The position numbers were made by a program, and so were the translations under genes. From positions 28,137 to 92,136 of the forward strand of contig JBBRLJ010000023.1 of assembly GCA_038231435.1 (NCBI GenBank): a stretch of DNA of 64,000 nt, in the 5' to 3' direction. Shown here in pieces: positions 20,043 through 29,788 of this stretch. The notes below the pieces were generated by a model that saw nothing but the letters and a program-made list of their open reading frames with translations, did not search any database and was not told where the DNA came from. Each line of letters begins with the position of its first letter. Within the stretch, counting starts at the first letter, position 1. The stretch comes from Planctomycetota bacterium (GTDB taxonomy: Bacteria > Planctomycetota > UBA11346).

Positions 20043-20256
20043 AAGATAAGTACCCGGAATAGAGGGATTTATACGATTAAGGACGGGCATGGTATCGACT
20101 TTCGCGAGCGAGTCACCTGCGTGATTCCTACCACATGTGTACCCCATAATCGACGTCCCCGCAGGTGCCTCGTGATAGACGGGCCCGCGCGACATTGGAC
20201 GGCGGCTTCCACCGGAAGTTCACCACGGTGTGTGGCGGAGCGAGCGGCGAGCGGCT

Positions 20257-21723
20257 TTACAGGGCGTGAAAATAGCCCGCAAGGGCTGGATACAGCCCAC
20301 GGAAGGCCACCGCCGACTCACGGTAGGCGGCGACCGCCTGGCGCCGTGGTGTGAAGGTGCGTTCGATCGGCCCAGGGGCGCAGGCGCGGTCACGAGGAAT
20401 CCCGCAGCAGCCGATGAGCGCGAGCCGCGCTCCGCCGAGCGCGGGCCCGGCATCGGCGCCGGCGCGCAGCATCACTCGGGCGTCGCAGACGTCGGCGAGG
20501 ATCTGCATCCACTCGGGCGAGCGCGTGCCGCCGCCGGTGACGGTGGCTTCCCTGACGGTGGTGCCGGCCGCGCGGATCAGGCGCAGGCTTTCGGCGAGGC
20601 CCAGGCTGATGCCTTCGAGCACCGCGCGCGTCAGGTGCGCGCGGGTGTGCCTGCGCGTCAGGCCGATGAATCCACCGCGCGCGCGCGGGTCGCACAGCGG
20701 CGTGCGTTCGCCAGTCAGGTAGGGGAGGAACATCAAGCCCTCGGCGCCGATGGGGGCCGAGGCCGCCTCGGCGCACAGCGCGCCGAACTCGGCGCCAGGA
20801 GCGCAGGTATCGCGGTACCACTGCAGGCTGCCGGCTGCCGACAGCATCACCCCCATCTGATGCCAAGTCTTGGGCAGTGCATGACAGAAGGTGTGGAGAC
20901 GCCCGTCCTTCTCGGGGCTATAGCCCTTGGTGGTGGTGAAGACCACGCCCGAGGTGCCGAGAGCGATGGTGGTCTGACCCGGCTTCACGCAGCCGGCTCC
21001 AACCGCACCCGCCGCTTGGTCGCCGGCGCCGCCGACCACCGGCGTGCCCACGGGCACGCCCAGTTCCTCCGCAGCCGCGGCGGTGACCTCACCCGAGACT
21101 TCGCTGCCTTCGATCAGCCGACCGAGGTACGACTCGTCGATGCCGCAGGCAGCGAGCATGGCCTGACTCCAGCGCCGCTTGGCGACGTCCATCAGCAGCA
21201 TGCCGGCGCCATCGGACATCTCGGCGACCTTCGCGCCGGTGAGCTTCAAGCGCAGCCAATCCTTTGGCAGCAGCACAGTGCGCACCTGCTTCCAGACCTT
21301 CGGTTCATGGCGTTGGACCCACAGCAGCTTCGGCGCCGTGAAGCCGACGAGGGCGCGATTGCCGGTCTCGCGGATCAGTTTCGGCACGCGCTTGTGCAGC
21401 AGGTCGCATTCGGCCTGGCAGCGGCCATCGTTCCACAAGATCGCGGGCCGGACCACGCGCTCCTGGGAATCGAGCAGCACCGCGCCGTGCATCTGGCCGC
21501 CGATGCCGATGCCCTCGATGATCTCGCCGGGCTTCTTCGCCAAGGTGGCACGCACCGCCGCGACCAGGCCCCTCCACCAATCGGCGGGGGCCTGCTCGCT
21601 CCACAGCGGCTTCGGCGTGGACAGCGGATACTCCGCGGTCGCTGACGCGAGGATGGCGCCGTCTCGCGAGACCAGCACGCATTTGCAGCCCGAGGTGCCG
21701 AGATCGATTCCGAGGACAGACAT
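20257..21723 (-). CDS. xylB: Xylulokinase
   Basis: LGIDLGTSGCK, GQMHG, AILWNDGR, FTAPKLLW, GAGDQAAGA and FLPYLTGERTP. Confidence 0.95.
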   Translation of the reverse strand: MSVLGIDLGTSGCKCVLVSRDGAILASATAEYPLSTPKPLWSEQAPADWWRGLVAAVRATLAKKPGEIIEGIGIGGQMHGAVLLDSQERVVRPAILWNDGRCQAECDLLHKRVPKLIRETGNRALVGFTAPKLLWVQRHEPKVWKQVRTVLLPKDWLRLKLTGAKVAEMSDGAGMLLMDVAKRRWSQAMLAACGIDESYLGRLIEGSEVSGEVTAAAAEELGVPVGTPVVGGAGDQAAGAVGAGCVKPGQTTIALGTSGVVFTTTKGYSPEKDGRLHTFCHALPKTWHQMGVMLSAAGSLQWYRDTCAPGAEFGALCAEAASAPIGAEGLMFLPYLTGERTPLCDPRARGGFIGLTRRHTRAHLTRAVLEGISLGLAESLRLIRAAGTTVREATVTGGGTRSPEWMQILADVCDARVMLRAGADAGPALGGARLALIGCCGIPRDRACAPGPIERTFTPRRQAVAAYRESAVAFRGLYPALAGYFHAL

Positions 21724-21777
21724 GCGGCCCTTCCCTGCGCCGGCGGATGACCGGCGAGGCGCGGAGTTGAGACCTGT

Positions 21778-21791
21778 TGGAAGCGCTTTCA
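21778..21791. promoter_or_regulatory. Putative LacI-family operator upstream of xylB
   Basis: TGGAAGCGCTTTCA near-palindrome; matches the site at 22841. Confidence 0.6.
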
Positions 21792-21850
21792 AGCGGCAAG
21801 CCGCCGTACCGCGTTCGTGGTGACGCTAGCGAGGCGTCAGAGCCCGCGCG

Positions 21851-22729
21851 TCACTTGCCGTCGCGGCGTTCGAGGGCCGCCGACTGCTGATCGGACTCCT
21901 GCCCCAGCTTCGCCTTGCCCTTGGCCTTGCCTTTGCCCGCGACCCGGTTCCCGGCGAGCTTCTTGCCAACGATCTTCGGGTTGGTCTTGATCTTGATGCG
22001 GCCTTTACCGTCGGCCGGGATGGTGATCGCGCTCGCTCCTCCGCCATTGGCGCTGGGGATGATCGCCGAGGATTTCTTCCATTCCTGGGTGCCGGCTACC
22101 GAGGTGGCGCCGAGCGTTCCGCCGCGCGTGCCGGTGCCGCGCTTGACCGCGACCTTGGCCTTGCGGCCCTTGGGCGTGATGTTGTTCCAGCGGTCGATGA
22201 GGCCCTTCTTCAAGTCCTGATAGCGCTGGACGCACTCCTGGATGACCTTGTAGGCGACCAGGCGGTCTTCCCAGCCGTAGGTGTCGGACTTTTTGCCTTC
22301 GAGGTCCTTGTAGATGTTGAAGAAGTAGTCGACCTCGGCGAGGTAGTGGCTGGGCAGGTGCTGCAGGCCGTGGACATCGCGGATGCGCGGATCGTTCACC
22401 GGCACGGCGAGGATCTTGTGGTCGAGGCCGGCGTCGTCGCGCATCACCAGCACGCCGAGCGGGCGGACCTCGATGAGGCAGCCGGGAAAGGTGTCGTGCG
22501 CGACGATCACCACCACGTCGAGCGGATCGCCGTCCTCGGAATGCGTCTGCGGGATGAATCCATAGGCGCCAGGATAATGCACCGGGCTGTAGAGCGTGCG
22601 GTCGAGGCGAAAGACGTTCAGCTCCTTGTCGTACTCGTACTTGTTCGACGAGCCCTTGGGGATCTCGATCACCGCGTTGATGGTGTGGGGAACGTCGCGC
22701 CCCGCAGGGAGCTCCATGTAATTGGTCAT
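21851..22729 (-). CDS. ppa: Family I inorganic pyrophosphatase with basic C-terminal extension
   Basis: EIPKGSSNKYEYDK, YPGAYGFIPQT, DGDPLD, FFNIYKDLEGK; then ~120 aa K/G/A-rich tail. Confidence 0.93.
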   Translation of the reverse strand: MTNYMELPAGRDVPHTINAVIEIPKGSSNKYEYDKELNVFRLDRTLYSPVHYPGAYGFIPQTHSEDGDPLDVVVIVAHDTFPGCLIEVRPLGVLVMRDDAGLDHKILAVPVNDPRIRDVHGLQHLPSHYLAEVDYFFNIYKDLEGKKSDTYGWEDRLVAYKVIQECVQRYQDLKKGLIDRWNNITPKGRKAKVAVKRGTGTRGGTLGATSVAGTQEWKKSSAIIPSANGGGASAITIPADGKGRIKIKTNPKIVGKKLAGNRVAGKGKAKGKAKLGQESDQQSAALERRDGK

Positions 22730-22840
22730 CGTGACAGCCCTTGTGCGCTTGGACGCGTTCACGCTAGCCGATGGGGGGCGACCCCGCAATGCTGTGGGGG
22801 GCCGACGGTGGACACGCCGGAAACCGCGTTTTTCGCGCAT

Positions 22841-22854
22841 TGGTAGCGCTTCCA
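22841..22854. promoter_or_regulatory. Putative LacI-family operator in the ppa/xylA divergent region
   Basis: TGGTAGCGCTTCCA near-palindrome. Confidence 0.6.
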
Positions 22855-22971
22855 TGCTGCCACTTGGAAAACCGGGTCGGTCCTTAGGATGCCGCTCCCG
22901 CTCGACCTCCCTCCGACAGACATCCCGAAAACTTCCATACCGACGAGCCACGATCGTCGCCGAGGACCCAC

Positions 22972-24309
22972 ATGAAGCCAGCCGCCCGCCAGTCCCTCAC
23001 CCCGTATTTCGACAAGATCCCGCGCATCGCCTACGAGGGGCCGGACAGCGACAATCCCCTGTCGTACCGCTGGTACAACCCGGACGAGAACGTCGGCGGC
23101 AAGAAGATGAAAGACCACCTGCGCATGGCGGTCTGCTACTGGCACACCTTCCGCGGCACCGCGCTCGACATCTTCGGGCCAGGTACCCTGGTGCGCCCGT
23201 GGGAGGACGGCACCAACTCGGTCGACATGGCGGTCAAGCGCACCGAGGTGGTGATGGACTTCATCACCCGCCTCGGCCTCGACTTCTACTGCTTCCATGA
23301 TCGCGACGTCGCTCCTGAGGGCGCCAACGTCGCCGAGACCAACAAGAACCTGTGGACGGTCGCCAAGCGTCTCAAGGAGCTGCAGAAGGCCACCGGCGTG
23401 AAGCTGCTGTGGGGCACCGCCAACATGTTCAGCCATCCGCGCTTCAGCCAGGGCGCGGCAACCTCGCCCAACGCCGACGTCTTCGCGTACTGCGCGAATT
23501 CGGTGAAGGAGATGCTCGACGTCAGCAAGTTCCTCGCCGGCGAGAACTACGTGTTCTGGGGCGGCCGCGAGGGCTACAACACGCTCTTCAACACCGACAT
23601 GGGCCGCGAGGCAGACCACGCCGGCAAGTTCTTCCACATGGCAGCGGATTACGCGAAGAAGATCGGCTTCAAGGGCCAGTTCCTGATCGAGCCCAAGGCC
23701 ATGGAGCCGACCAAGCACCAGTACGACTTCGATGCCGCCACCTGCCTTGCCTTCCTGCGCAAGTACGGCCTCGAGAAGACCATCAAGCTCAACATCGAAC
23801 AGAACCACGCTCTGCTCGCCGGCAAGGATTTCTGCCACGAGCTCGAGGTCTGCCGCATCAACGGCGTGCTCGGCTCGGTCGACGCCAATCGCGGCGATGC
23901 CATGAACGGCTGGGACACCGACCAGTTCCCGAACGACTACCGGGAATGCGCCCAGGCCATGACCATCATCCTCAAGAGCGGCGGCTTCGGCTCCGGTGGC
24001 CTGAACTTCGACGCCAAGGTCCGCCGCGACAGCTACGACATCGAGGACATGTTCCACGGCCACATCTGCGGCGTCGATGCCTGGGCGCGCGGACTGCGCA
24101 TGGCCGTCGCCATCCAGAAGGACGGCAAGATGGACAAGTTCGTGAAGACGCGCTACAGCTCGTACGACAAGGGCATCGGCAAGGAGATCGAGTCGGGCAA
24201 GGCGACGTTGGAAAGCCTGCAGGAATACATCGTCAAGAAGGGCGAGGCTGCGCCGAACGCGAGCGCGAGGCAGGAGTACCTGGAAAATCTGTTCAATACG
24301 TATGGTTGA
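22972..24309 (+). CDS. xylA: Xylose isomerase (class II)
   Basis: [48 protein letters not shown] and NFDAKVRR. Confidence 0.97.
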   Translation: MKPAARQSLTPYFDKIPRIAYEGPDSDNPLSYRWYNPDENVGGKKMKDHLRMAVCYWHTFRGTALDIFGPGTLVRPWEDGTNSVDMAVKRTEVVMDFITRLGLDFYCFHDRDVAPEGANVAETNKNLWTVAKRLKELQKATGVKLLWGTANMFSHPRFSQGAATSPNADVFAYCANSVKEMLDVSKFLAGENYVFWGGREGYNTLFNTDMGREADHAGKFFHMAADYAKKIGFKGQFLIEPKAMEPTKHQYDFDAATCLAFLRKYGLEKTIKLNIEQNHALLAGKDFCHELEVCRINGVLGSVDANRGDAMNGWDTDQFPNDYRECAQAMTIILKSGGFGSGGLNFDAKVRRDSYDIEDMFHGHICGVDAWARGLRMAVAIQKDGKMDKFVKTRYSSYDKGIGKEIESGKATLESLQEYIVKKGEAAPNASARQEYLENLFNTYG

Positions 24310-24332
24310 GTGAATTGGTGTGAAGAGTGAGG

Positions 24333-24358
24333 AGCCCATGGCCGTTTGGCCATGGGCT
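24333..24358 (+). terminator. Hairpin after xylA (possible terminator)
   Basis: AGCCCATGGCC-gttt-GGCCATGGGCT; weak U tract. Confidence 0.5.
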
Positions 24359-24383
24359 TCGTCGTTTGGTGGTGTCTGTATTT

Positions 24384-24497
24384 CCCAGCCTTCTAGCTCT
24401 CGCGCCATCTGGCCTTCGTGCCTTCTCCGCAGTCTGCTTTATGTCGATCGAGAAACGGCAAGGGGAGGGCTGGAGGGCACGAGGGTGCGAGGGCTGG
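24384..24497. repeat. Complementary octamer arrays
   Basis: Pyrimidine-rich 8-mers (24384-24423) face AGGGCTGG/AGGGCACG/AGGGTGCG/AGGGCTGG (24466-24497). Confidence 0.7.
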
Positions 24498-24551
24498 AAG
24501 GACAGCGGACGGCACGTGTTGTTGTGGCGTTCTCCCCTGTCGCGCGATTTT

Positions 24552-24635
24552 CGCGATCGGCATCGGCGTCAAGGCCAGGCCGCGGAGGAACCGCGGTGGC
24601 CGGGGCGGCCAGCCTTGACTCCGATGCCGATCGCG
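24552..24635. repeat. 24-bp inverted repeat just before the four-helix-bundle gene RBS
   Basis: CGCGATCGGCATCGGCGTCAAGGC ... GCCTTGACTCCGATGCCGATCGCG, one mismatch. Confidence 0.9.
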
Positions 24636-24659
24636 GGTCGGGGCGCAAGGAGAACGGAC

Positions 24660-25010
24660 ATGAAGAGATTCGAGGATTTGAGCGTGTGGCAGAGAGCGAT
24701 GGGGCTGGCTGGAGCGATTCGGGAGGAGCGGGGGCTGCGTCGGAGCGGCGAGGGTCTGCGTGGTCAGATCCGCAATGCTGCGGCATCGATCTCCTACAAC
24801 ATTGCTGAAGGACATGGCCGCGCGGGCGATGGGGAATTCCATCGTTTCCTGGGGATCGCGGGCGGATCCTGCGCTGAGGTGCAGGCGCAGTTGCGCATGG
24901 CGTTCCGAGGAGGGTTCATCCTGCGGGAGCGTTTCATCGTGATGCTCGATGAGGCGATCACGATCGAGTTCATGATCCGCAATCTGCAGCGGAGGCTGAG
25001 GCCGCCGTAG
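24660..25010 (+). CDS. Four-helix-bundle protein (23S rRNA IVP / bAvd-like family)
   Basis: FEDLSVWQRAM, QIRNAAASISYNIAEGHGR, EFHRFLGIAGGSCAEV; AAGGAG RBS. Confidence 0.92.
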   Translation: MKRFEDLSVWQRAMGLAGAIREERGLRRSGEGLRGQIRNAAASISYNIAEGHGRAGDGEFHRFLGIAGGSCAEVQAQLRMAFRGGFILRERFIVMLDEAITIEFMIRNLQRRLRPP

Positions 25011-25079
25011 TCACCCGGCGGATGAGTTTCCCGCTTTCCGCCTTCTCACGTCCTCGGTGCGCGCGATGATGGCAGCGGT

Positions 25080-25745
25080 ATGCCACCCCCCGTCCTCTTC
25101 ATCGATATGTGGCCGGATGTCCTACCGCCCGGCGTCATCCGTGATCGGTTCCATGATGTGCCGGGGTGCGCCAAGGATGATGGGCTCGAGCTGGTCGTCG
25201 CGCATCATTCCGCCGTTTATCCGGCAGAGTGGATCTCGCGACCGCCCGTCGCGATCATGCTGTCGGGCAGCAAGCTCAATCTGGTTGACGACCCATCCGA
25301 GGATCCCGTCGACGGCACTCCGCTGTCGCGGTTCCAGGCGGTGACGAACCTGCTCGCGGCGCTGCCGAAGGTGCCGACGCTCGGCATCTGCTTCGGCCAC
25401 CAGTATCTCGCCAAGCAGGCCGGTGGTCGGCTGGCGAAAATGGCGAAGACGCGCGTCGACAACGACTTCACCATCGAGCAGGGAGAGCCGCACGCGCTGA
25501 TGGCCGGTCTGCCGGAACGGCCGAGCTTCGTCGAGAGCCATGGCTGGCGCGTGGTCGAGCCCGGATTCGGATACCGTGTGGTGGCCACGTCGATGGACGG
25601 CATCGAGATGGTGCAGCACGCGGATCTGCCGCGGGTCGGCGTTCAGTTCCATCCGGAATACTACCGGCGCCAGGACCCCACGCGCCAGCACGGACGCGCA
25701 TTCCTGAGCAACTGGTTCCGCTCCCTAGGCGACCGCCGCGCATGA
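25080..25745 (+). CDS. Class I glutamine amidotransferase-like protein
   Basis: PTLGICFGHQ nucleophile elbow and GVQFHPE. Confidence 0.85.
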   Translation: MPPPVLFIDMWPDVLPPGVIRDRFHDVPGCAKDDGLELVVAHHSAVYPAEWISRPPVAIMLSGSKLNLVDDPSEDPVDGTPLSRFQAVTNLLAALPKVPTLGICFGHQYLAKQAGGRLAKMAKTRVDNDFTIEQGEPHALMAGLPERPSFVESHGWRVVEPGFGYRVVATSMDGIEMVQHADLPRVGVQFHPEYYRRQDPTRQHGRAFLSNWFRSLGDRRA

Positions 25746-26311
25746 GCCTGTTCACGCCCATCGTCTCCGCGCGTCGTGAGATCGCCAAGAACCGCTTTCT
25801 CACCTACGCTGAGGAGGACCTCACCGACCGGCTGGGCCATCCCTACACCTACTACCAAGTCGAGGCGAAGTGGGACGCGGTGGTGATCGTGCCGGTGCTC
25901 GATGATGGACGGCTGGTGCTCGAGCGTATCTACCGCCACCCTTACCGCGGATTCATGCTCGAATGCCCGGCGGGCGGCATCGAGACCGGCGAGGATCCGC
26001 TCGCCGCCGCGAAGCGCGAGCTGGCCGAGGAGACGGGATACCAGGCCGGTCGCGTCGCCAGCCTGGGAACTTACGAGGCGATGCCCGGCCTCCTGCGCAT
26101 GCGCATGCATATCGTGCTCGCGTTGGATCTGGTCGCGTCGGACGTGCGCAAGCTCGAGGCGATGGAGATCATGGAGATCGAGCTGATGACTGTCGAGCAG
26201 GCCTGGAAGGAGGCCGAGCGTCAGCCGGCCAGCTCGTTCCTGACCATGGGCTTGCTGTATTACGGCAGGTGGATGGCGGGTAGGGGGATCGAGCGACCCG
26301 GAGCCGAGTAG
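25742..26311 (+). CDS. NUDIX hydrolase (ADP-ribose pyrophosphatase-like)
   Basis: Nudix box PAGGIETGEDPLAAAKRELAEETGY; overlaps the upstream stop. Confidence 0.9.
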   Translation: MSLFTPIVSARREIAKNRFLTYAEEDLTDRLGHPYTYYQVEAKWDAVVIVPVLDDGRLVLERIYRHPYRGFMLECPAGGIETGEDPLAAAKRELAEETGYQAGRVASLGTYEAMPGLLRMRMHIVLALDLVASDVRKLEAMEIMEIELMTVEQAWKEAERQPASSFLTMGLLYYGRWMAGRGIERPGAE

Positions 26312-26373
26312 GAGTCCGCACGTTACGGTTGGGCACAGGAGGGTGCGCCTGGCGGCAGTGGATCCGGCTACGG

Positions 26374-26775
26374 CTACGGCAGCGGCAGGAACGGCGTCTG
26401 GTCGAAGCGGTCGTCGAGATCCTCGTAGACGGCGGTGATGTCGTCGATCGGGATGTAGACGCGGTAGCGGTGGGCCTCGGCGCCGAACTGCTCGATGGCG
26501 TCGGCAAGCAGGATGTCCCGTTTGCCTTCGTTGAACTTGTTGTCGGGATTGTAACTCTTCCAGATCTTGCGACTCATCTCCGGAGACCAGTGCAGGCAGC
26601 GCACCTCGCCGACCACCACTTCCTTGCGCACCTCGGTGATCTTGAGCAGGAAGCGCTCGCCGCGCCGGACGATGACGGTGGCGACGCGCTGCTCGTTGAC
26701 GAAGGCCTCGAGGACCTTGCTGATCGATCCCGGGTTGTCCGTCCCGGGTACGATGATCTTCTTGTCTCCACTCAT
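26374..26775 (-). CDS. Hypothetical 133-aa protein (possible Sm-like fold)
   Basis: Start MSGDKKIIVP overlaps the upstream stop (ATGA); host-like codon usage. Confidence 0.75.
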   Translation of the reverse strand: MSGDKKIIVPGTDNPGSISKVLEAFVNEQRVATVIVRRGERFLLKITEVRKEVVVGEVRCLHWSPEMSRKIWKSYNPDNKFNEGKRDILLADAIEQFGAEAHRYRVYIPIDDITAVYEDLDDRFDQTPFLPLP

Positions 26776-27956
26776 ACGAGGCGATCGCCGAGCTTGGCGG
26801 CCAGCTTGGTGCGCCACGCGGCGGCATGATCGGCCTGGGTCGGCGCCAGGCTCTCGACCAGCTTGCCGATGTTGCGGTTGTGGTCGAGGCGCTCCTGGTT
26901 GACCGCGACGATGGTCTCCGAGGTGATCAGCTCCTCGCCGACCACGCACAGGCCCGGGGTCAGCGCCACCGTCGAGCCGCTGCGCACGATGTAGATCGCG
27001 ACGCGGTCTTGGGTCGCGCAGGTCGATTCGATGTCCTTGGGGCCGCTCTCGAAGCGGATGCCGTGATCGGGTGCGTCGAGGATCAGACCGTAGATCTCCT
27101 CGTATTGCGGGTCGATGAGCACGCTCACGCCGCGCAGCATCTCGAGCTTCGGGTCCTTGCCGTGGTCGGCCCAGCGGCGCGAGCCGCCGAGGGCCTTGGT
27201 GCGGTTCGCCATCGGCTGGCTCATCAGCACGCAGTGACCGAGATAGTCGTCGAGCCCGAGGCTGCCGAGGATGCGCACGTCGGTGTTGGCCTTGATCAGG
27301 TGCGCGGTCAGCTCCTTCCAATTGTGGATCTTGCCGGTGTCGAGCGCGTCGAGCAGGGTGGCGTGGAAGGCGTCGTAGCAGGTCAGGGACAGGTCGCGCT
27401 TGTGCTTGCGCAGGTAGGACGGGGTCACCTCGTGCTCGGTGCCCATCAGCAGGGCGCGCACCGGCGCGACGTTCTTGGCGTTGGCGGGGACGAAGTCGAA
27501 CTCGATGTGGTTGAACACCATCCGGCTCGGCTTGCCGGGACGGGTGAGATCGAGCTGCAAGTGCAGGCTCAGCGCGGCTTCACGGATCTCGGGGTCGGTG
27601 TCGTGGCGCAGCGCGTCGAGCATCATCTCGACGCCGCTCTTGCCGGTGTAATCGAGCTGCACGTTCCCCTGCTCGTCGTGATAGCGGCGCATGCGTGCGA
27701 GCGCGTTCTCAACGTCGCCCAGGTCGTGGCCGAATCTATCGGCGGCGCGCAGCGTCGCGTCCATCTCGAAGCCGCTGTTCTGCCAGAGCGCGATCAGGCC
27801 CTCTTCAAGCTTGACGCGGCGCTTGTCCTCCTTGATCAGCCGACGGATCGCCGTGACCACCTCGGGCTTGATCCAGCCGATGGTCACGAGCTTCTTCAGG
27901 ACATCATCGAGGCTGCCGCCTTTGGGGGGCACTGCTACCAAGACGGGTTCGGGCAT
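26772..27956 (-). CDS. Divergent ATP phosphoribosyltransferase (HisG)-like protein
   Basis: VAVPPKGG start, DLSLTCYD, ILGSLGL and AIYIVRSGSTV...LITSETIVAVN resemble HisG motifs in order; large insertion. Confidence 0.55.
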   Translation of the reverse strand: MPEPVLVAVPPKGGSLDDVLKKLVTIGWIKPEVVTAIRRLIKEDKRRVKLEEGLIALWQNSGFEMDATLRAADRFGHDLGDVENALARMRRYHDEQGNVQLDYTGKSGVEMMLDALRHDTDPEIREAALSLHLQLDLTRPGKPSRMVFNHIEFDFVPANAKNVAPVRALLMGTEHEVTPSYLRKHKRDLSLTCYDAFHATLLDALDTGKIHNWKELTAHLIKANTDVRILGSLGLDDYLGHCVLMSQPMANRTKALGGSRRWADHGKDPKLEMLRGVSVLIDPQYEEIYGLILDAPDHGIRFESGPKDIESTCATQDRVAIYIVRSGSTVALTPGLCVVGEELITSETIVAVNQERLDHNRNIGKLVESLAPTQADHAAAWRTKLAAKLGDRLV

Positions 27957-28172
27957 GCGAGGCGCCTATACGGACGAGTGTAGCGATGCGAGAGCGACAG
28001 CTTGGGCCTCAGGGCCAGGTCGCAAGGGACGGCGGAGTACCTGTGATCCGACGGTTGGTCGTTTGTCGTCGGATAGCCGGGGAGTTCGTCGGACAGGCGG
28101 ACAGCGGTCGCCGTCAGGGAGGTCGAGCCGTCTGGTATCGACGACGGATCACGCATCAAAAACGATCGACGT

Positions 28173-29615
28173 TCACCTCTTCCACGGCCTGTCGGCGTCG
28201 ATCGGCTCGCCCGCCGCTCGATGCCGCTCGAGCGCTACTTTGAGTGCCAGCAGTTCGGGGCCATGATCGGGCGGCACGCGGTTCCCTTCCTTCGCCGAGG
28301 CCAGTTCGACGGCCATGCGCGCGTCGAGATCCTTGGCGATCGCGCGTAGCGTCTCCTCGCTGCCGCCACCGCCGAGCTGATCGATGAAGATGATCAGCGC
28401 CAGGCGCTCGGTGACGTCGATGGTGGCGCGCGCGCGCGCGGCGAGCTCGGCATTCCAGCGAGCGTGATCGTCCGATTCCAGGATCCTGAACGCCCGCGCG
28501 GGCCACCATGGCGCTCCGAGGCCGAGCGCGCCATCGAGCACCGGCGCCAGTTCCGTCACGCTGAAGCGCTCGAGCTGGGCGGCATCGATCGGATGCGCGG
28601 GATCATGCAGATCGGCGAGCATCGCGTCGCGCTCCATCATGCGCGGCGCCTCAGCCGCGTGATCGCGCCACCACAACGTCCAGGCCTGGCCGGCGCCGGC
28701 CTTGCCGGTGAGCGCGTGCAGGGATGCGGCGGCGGCGTCGCGCAGTTCGGGCTGCGGCGCTTCGGCGGCGACGCGGCAGAGCACCTGCCACGCGCGGCTG
28801 TCGCCATTCGCGCCCAACGCCTTGATCGCCAGCCAGCTCGTCCACGCCTGGCTCTTCGCGGGCGCCAGTTCGACCAGCGAGACCAGGGCCGGGCACAGCC
28901 GCGGATCCTGCAAGGTGGCGCTGGCGTCGAGCAGGGTGTTGCGCTGTGCGCCACGGGTCGCCGCGAGCAGGCGCGCGAGTTCGGGCACCGCCTCGGGCCT
29001 GCGCGTGACCATGCCGAGGCTGTCGGTCATCGCGCGCTTGGCGAGATCGTCGCCGTCGTCCTCGAGCTTGGCGAGCGGACCGAGCGCCCGCACGTCGCCG
29101 AGCGATCCGAGCGCCTTGGCGGCGGCCGCGCGGATCTCGGCCTCGGCGGCACCCAGGCATTCGACCAGGCGTTCGAACACACCGGGCCCCGTGCAACGGC
29201 CGAGCCCGAGCACCGCGGCCTCGCGCACGCGCGCCTCGCCATCGCGACTGAGCGAGAGCAGCAGGGGAGCCGAGTCGGCGCCGCCGATGCCGCCGGCGAC
29301 CTCGACCACGCGCGAGCGCAGCAGCCAGTCGCGGTCCTTGGCGAGGACGGTCAGATCGGGCAGCACCACCACGCCGCGCCGGATCAGGTTCGAGATCGCC
29401 GAGCGCTGCGCGCGGCTGTCCGAGCCGGTGAGCGCGGCGATGTCGTCCGACCACGGCTTGTCCCCGTGCGAGGGTGGCGCGACCCAATCCTTCACCGCGC
29501 CGGCGGCCTTGATCACATCCACGCCCTCGGCATGCGGAGCCTGGTCCTCGGCGGCGAGTGGGATGAGCGGGCAGCACAGGGCCACGGCGAGGATGGCGGC
29601 GGTCGGTCTGATCAT
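28173..29615 (-). CDS. Exported HEAT-repeat protein
   Basis: Signal peptide; repeats such as RVREAAVLGLG and IRAAAAKALGSLGDVRALGPL. Confidence 0.85.
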   Translation of the reverse strand: MIRPTAAILAVALCCPLIPLAAEDQAPHAEGVDVIKAAGAVKDWVAPPSHGDKPWSDDIAALTGSDSRAQRSAISNLIRRGVVVLPDLTVLAKDRDWLLRSRVVEVAGGIGGADSAPLLLSLSRDGEARVREAAVLGLGRCTGPGVFERLVECLGAAEAEIRAAAAKALGSLGDVRALGPLAKLEDDGDDLAKRAMTDSLGMVTRRPEAVPELARLLAATRGAQRNTLLDASATLQDPRLCPALVSLVELAPAKSQAWTSWLAIKALGANGDSRAWQVLCRVAAEAPQPELRDAAAASLHALTGKAGAGQAWTLWWRDHAAEAPRMMERDAMLADLHDPAHPIDAAQLERFSVTELAPVLDGALGLGAPWWPARAFRILESDDHARWNAELAARARATIDVTERLALIIFIDQLGGGGSEETLRAIAKDLDARMAVELASAKEGNRVPPDHGPELLALKVALERHRAAGEPIDADRPWKR

Positions 29616-29788
29616 GGCGCGCCATCCTGGGGCGGTGGACGGACGGCGGAAGGGCGATCATTGAGGCCCCGCGCGCGGGCGTTGCCGCGCGACGACACGG
29701 AGCCGTTTCGAGGCCGTTCCTTGAGGATGGCGCCCACGCGCGCTTGAAGCACCCGCGCCGTCAGGTATCAACCCGCCCCGGGGGCCAC

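Noticed and set aside
24660..25010. Diversity-generating retroelement (Avd-like gene)
   Set aside because: No reverse transcriptase and no template/variable repeat pair with adenine-specific mismatches seen in the window
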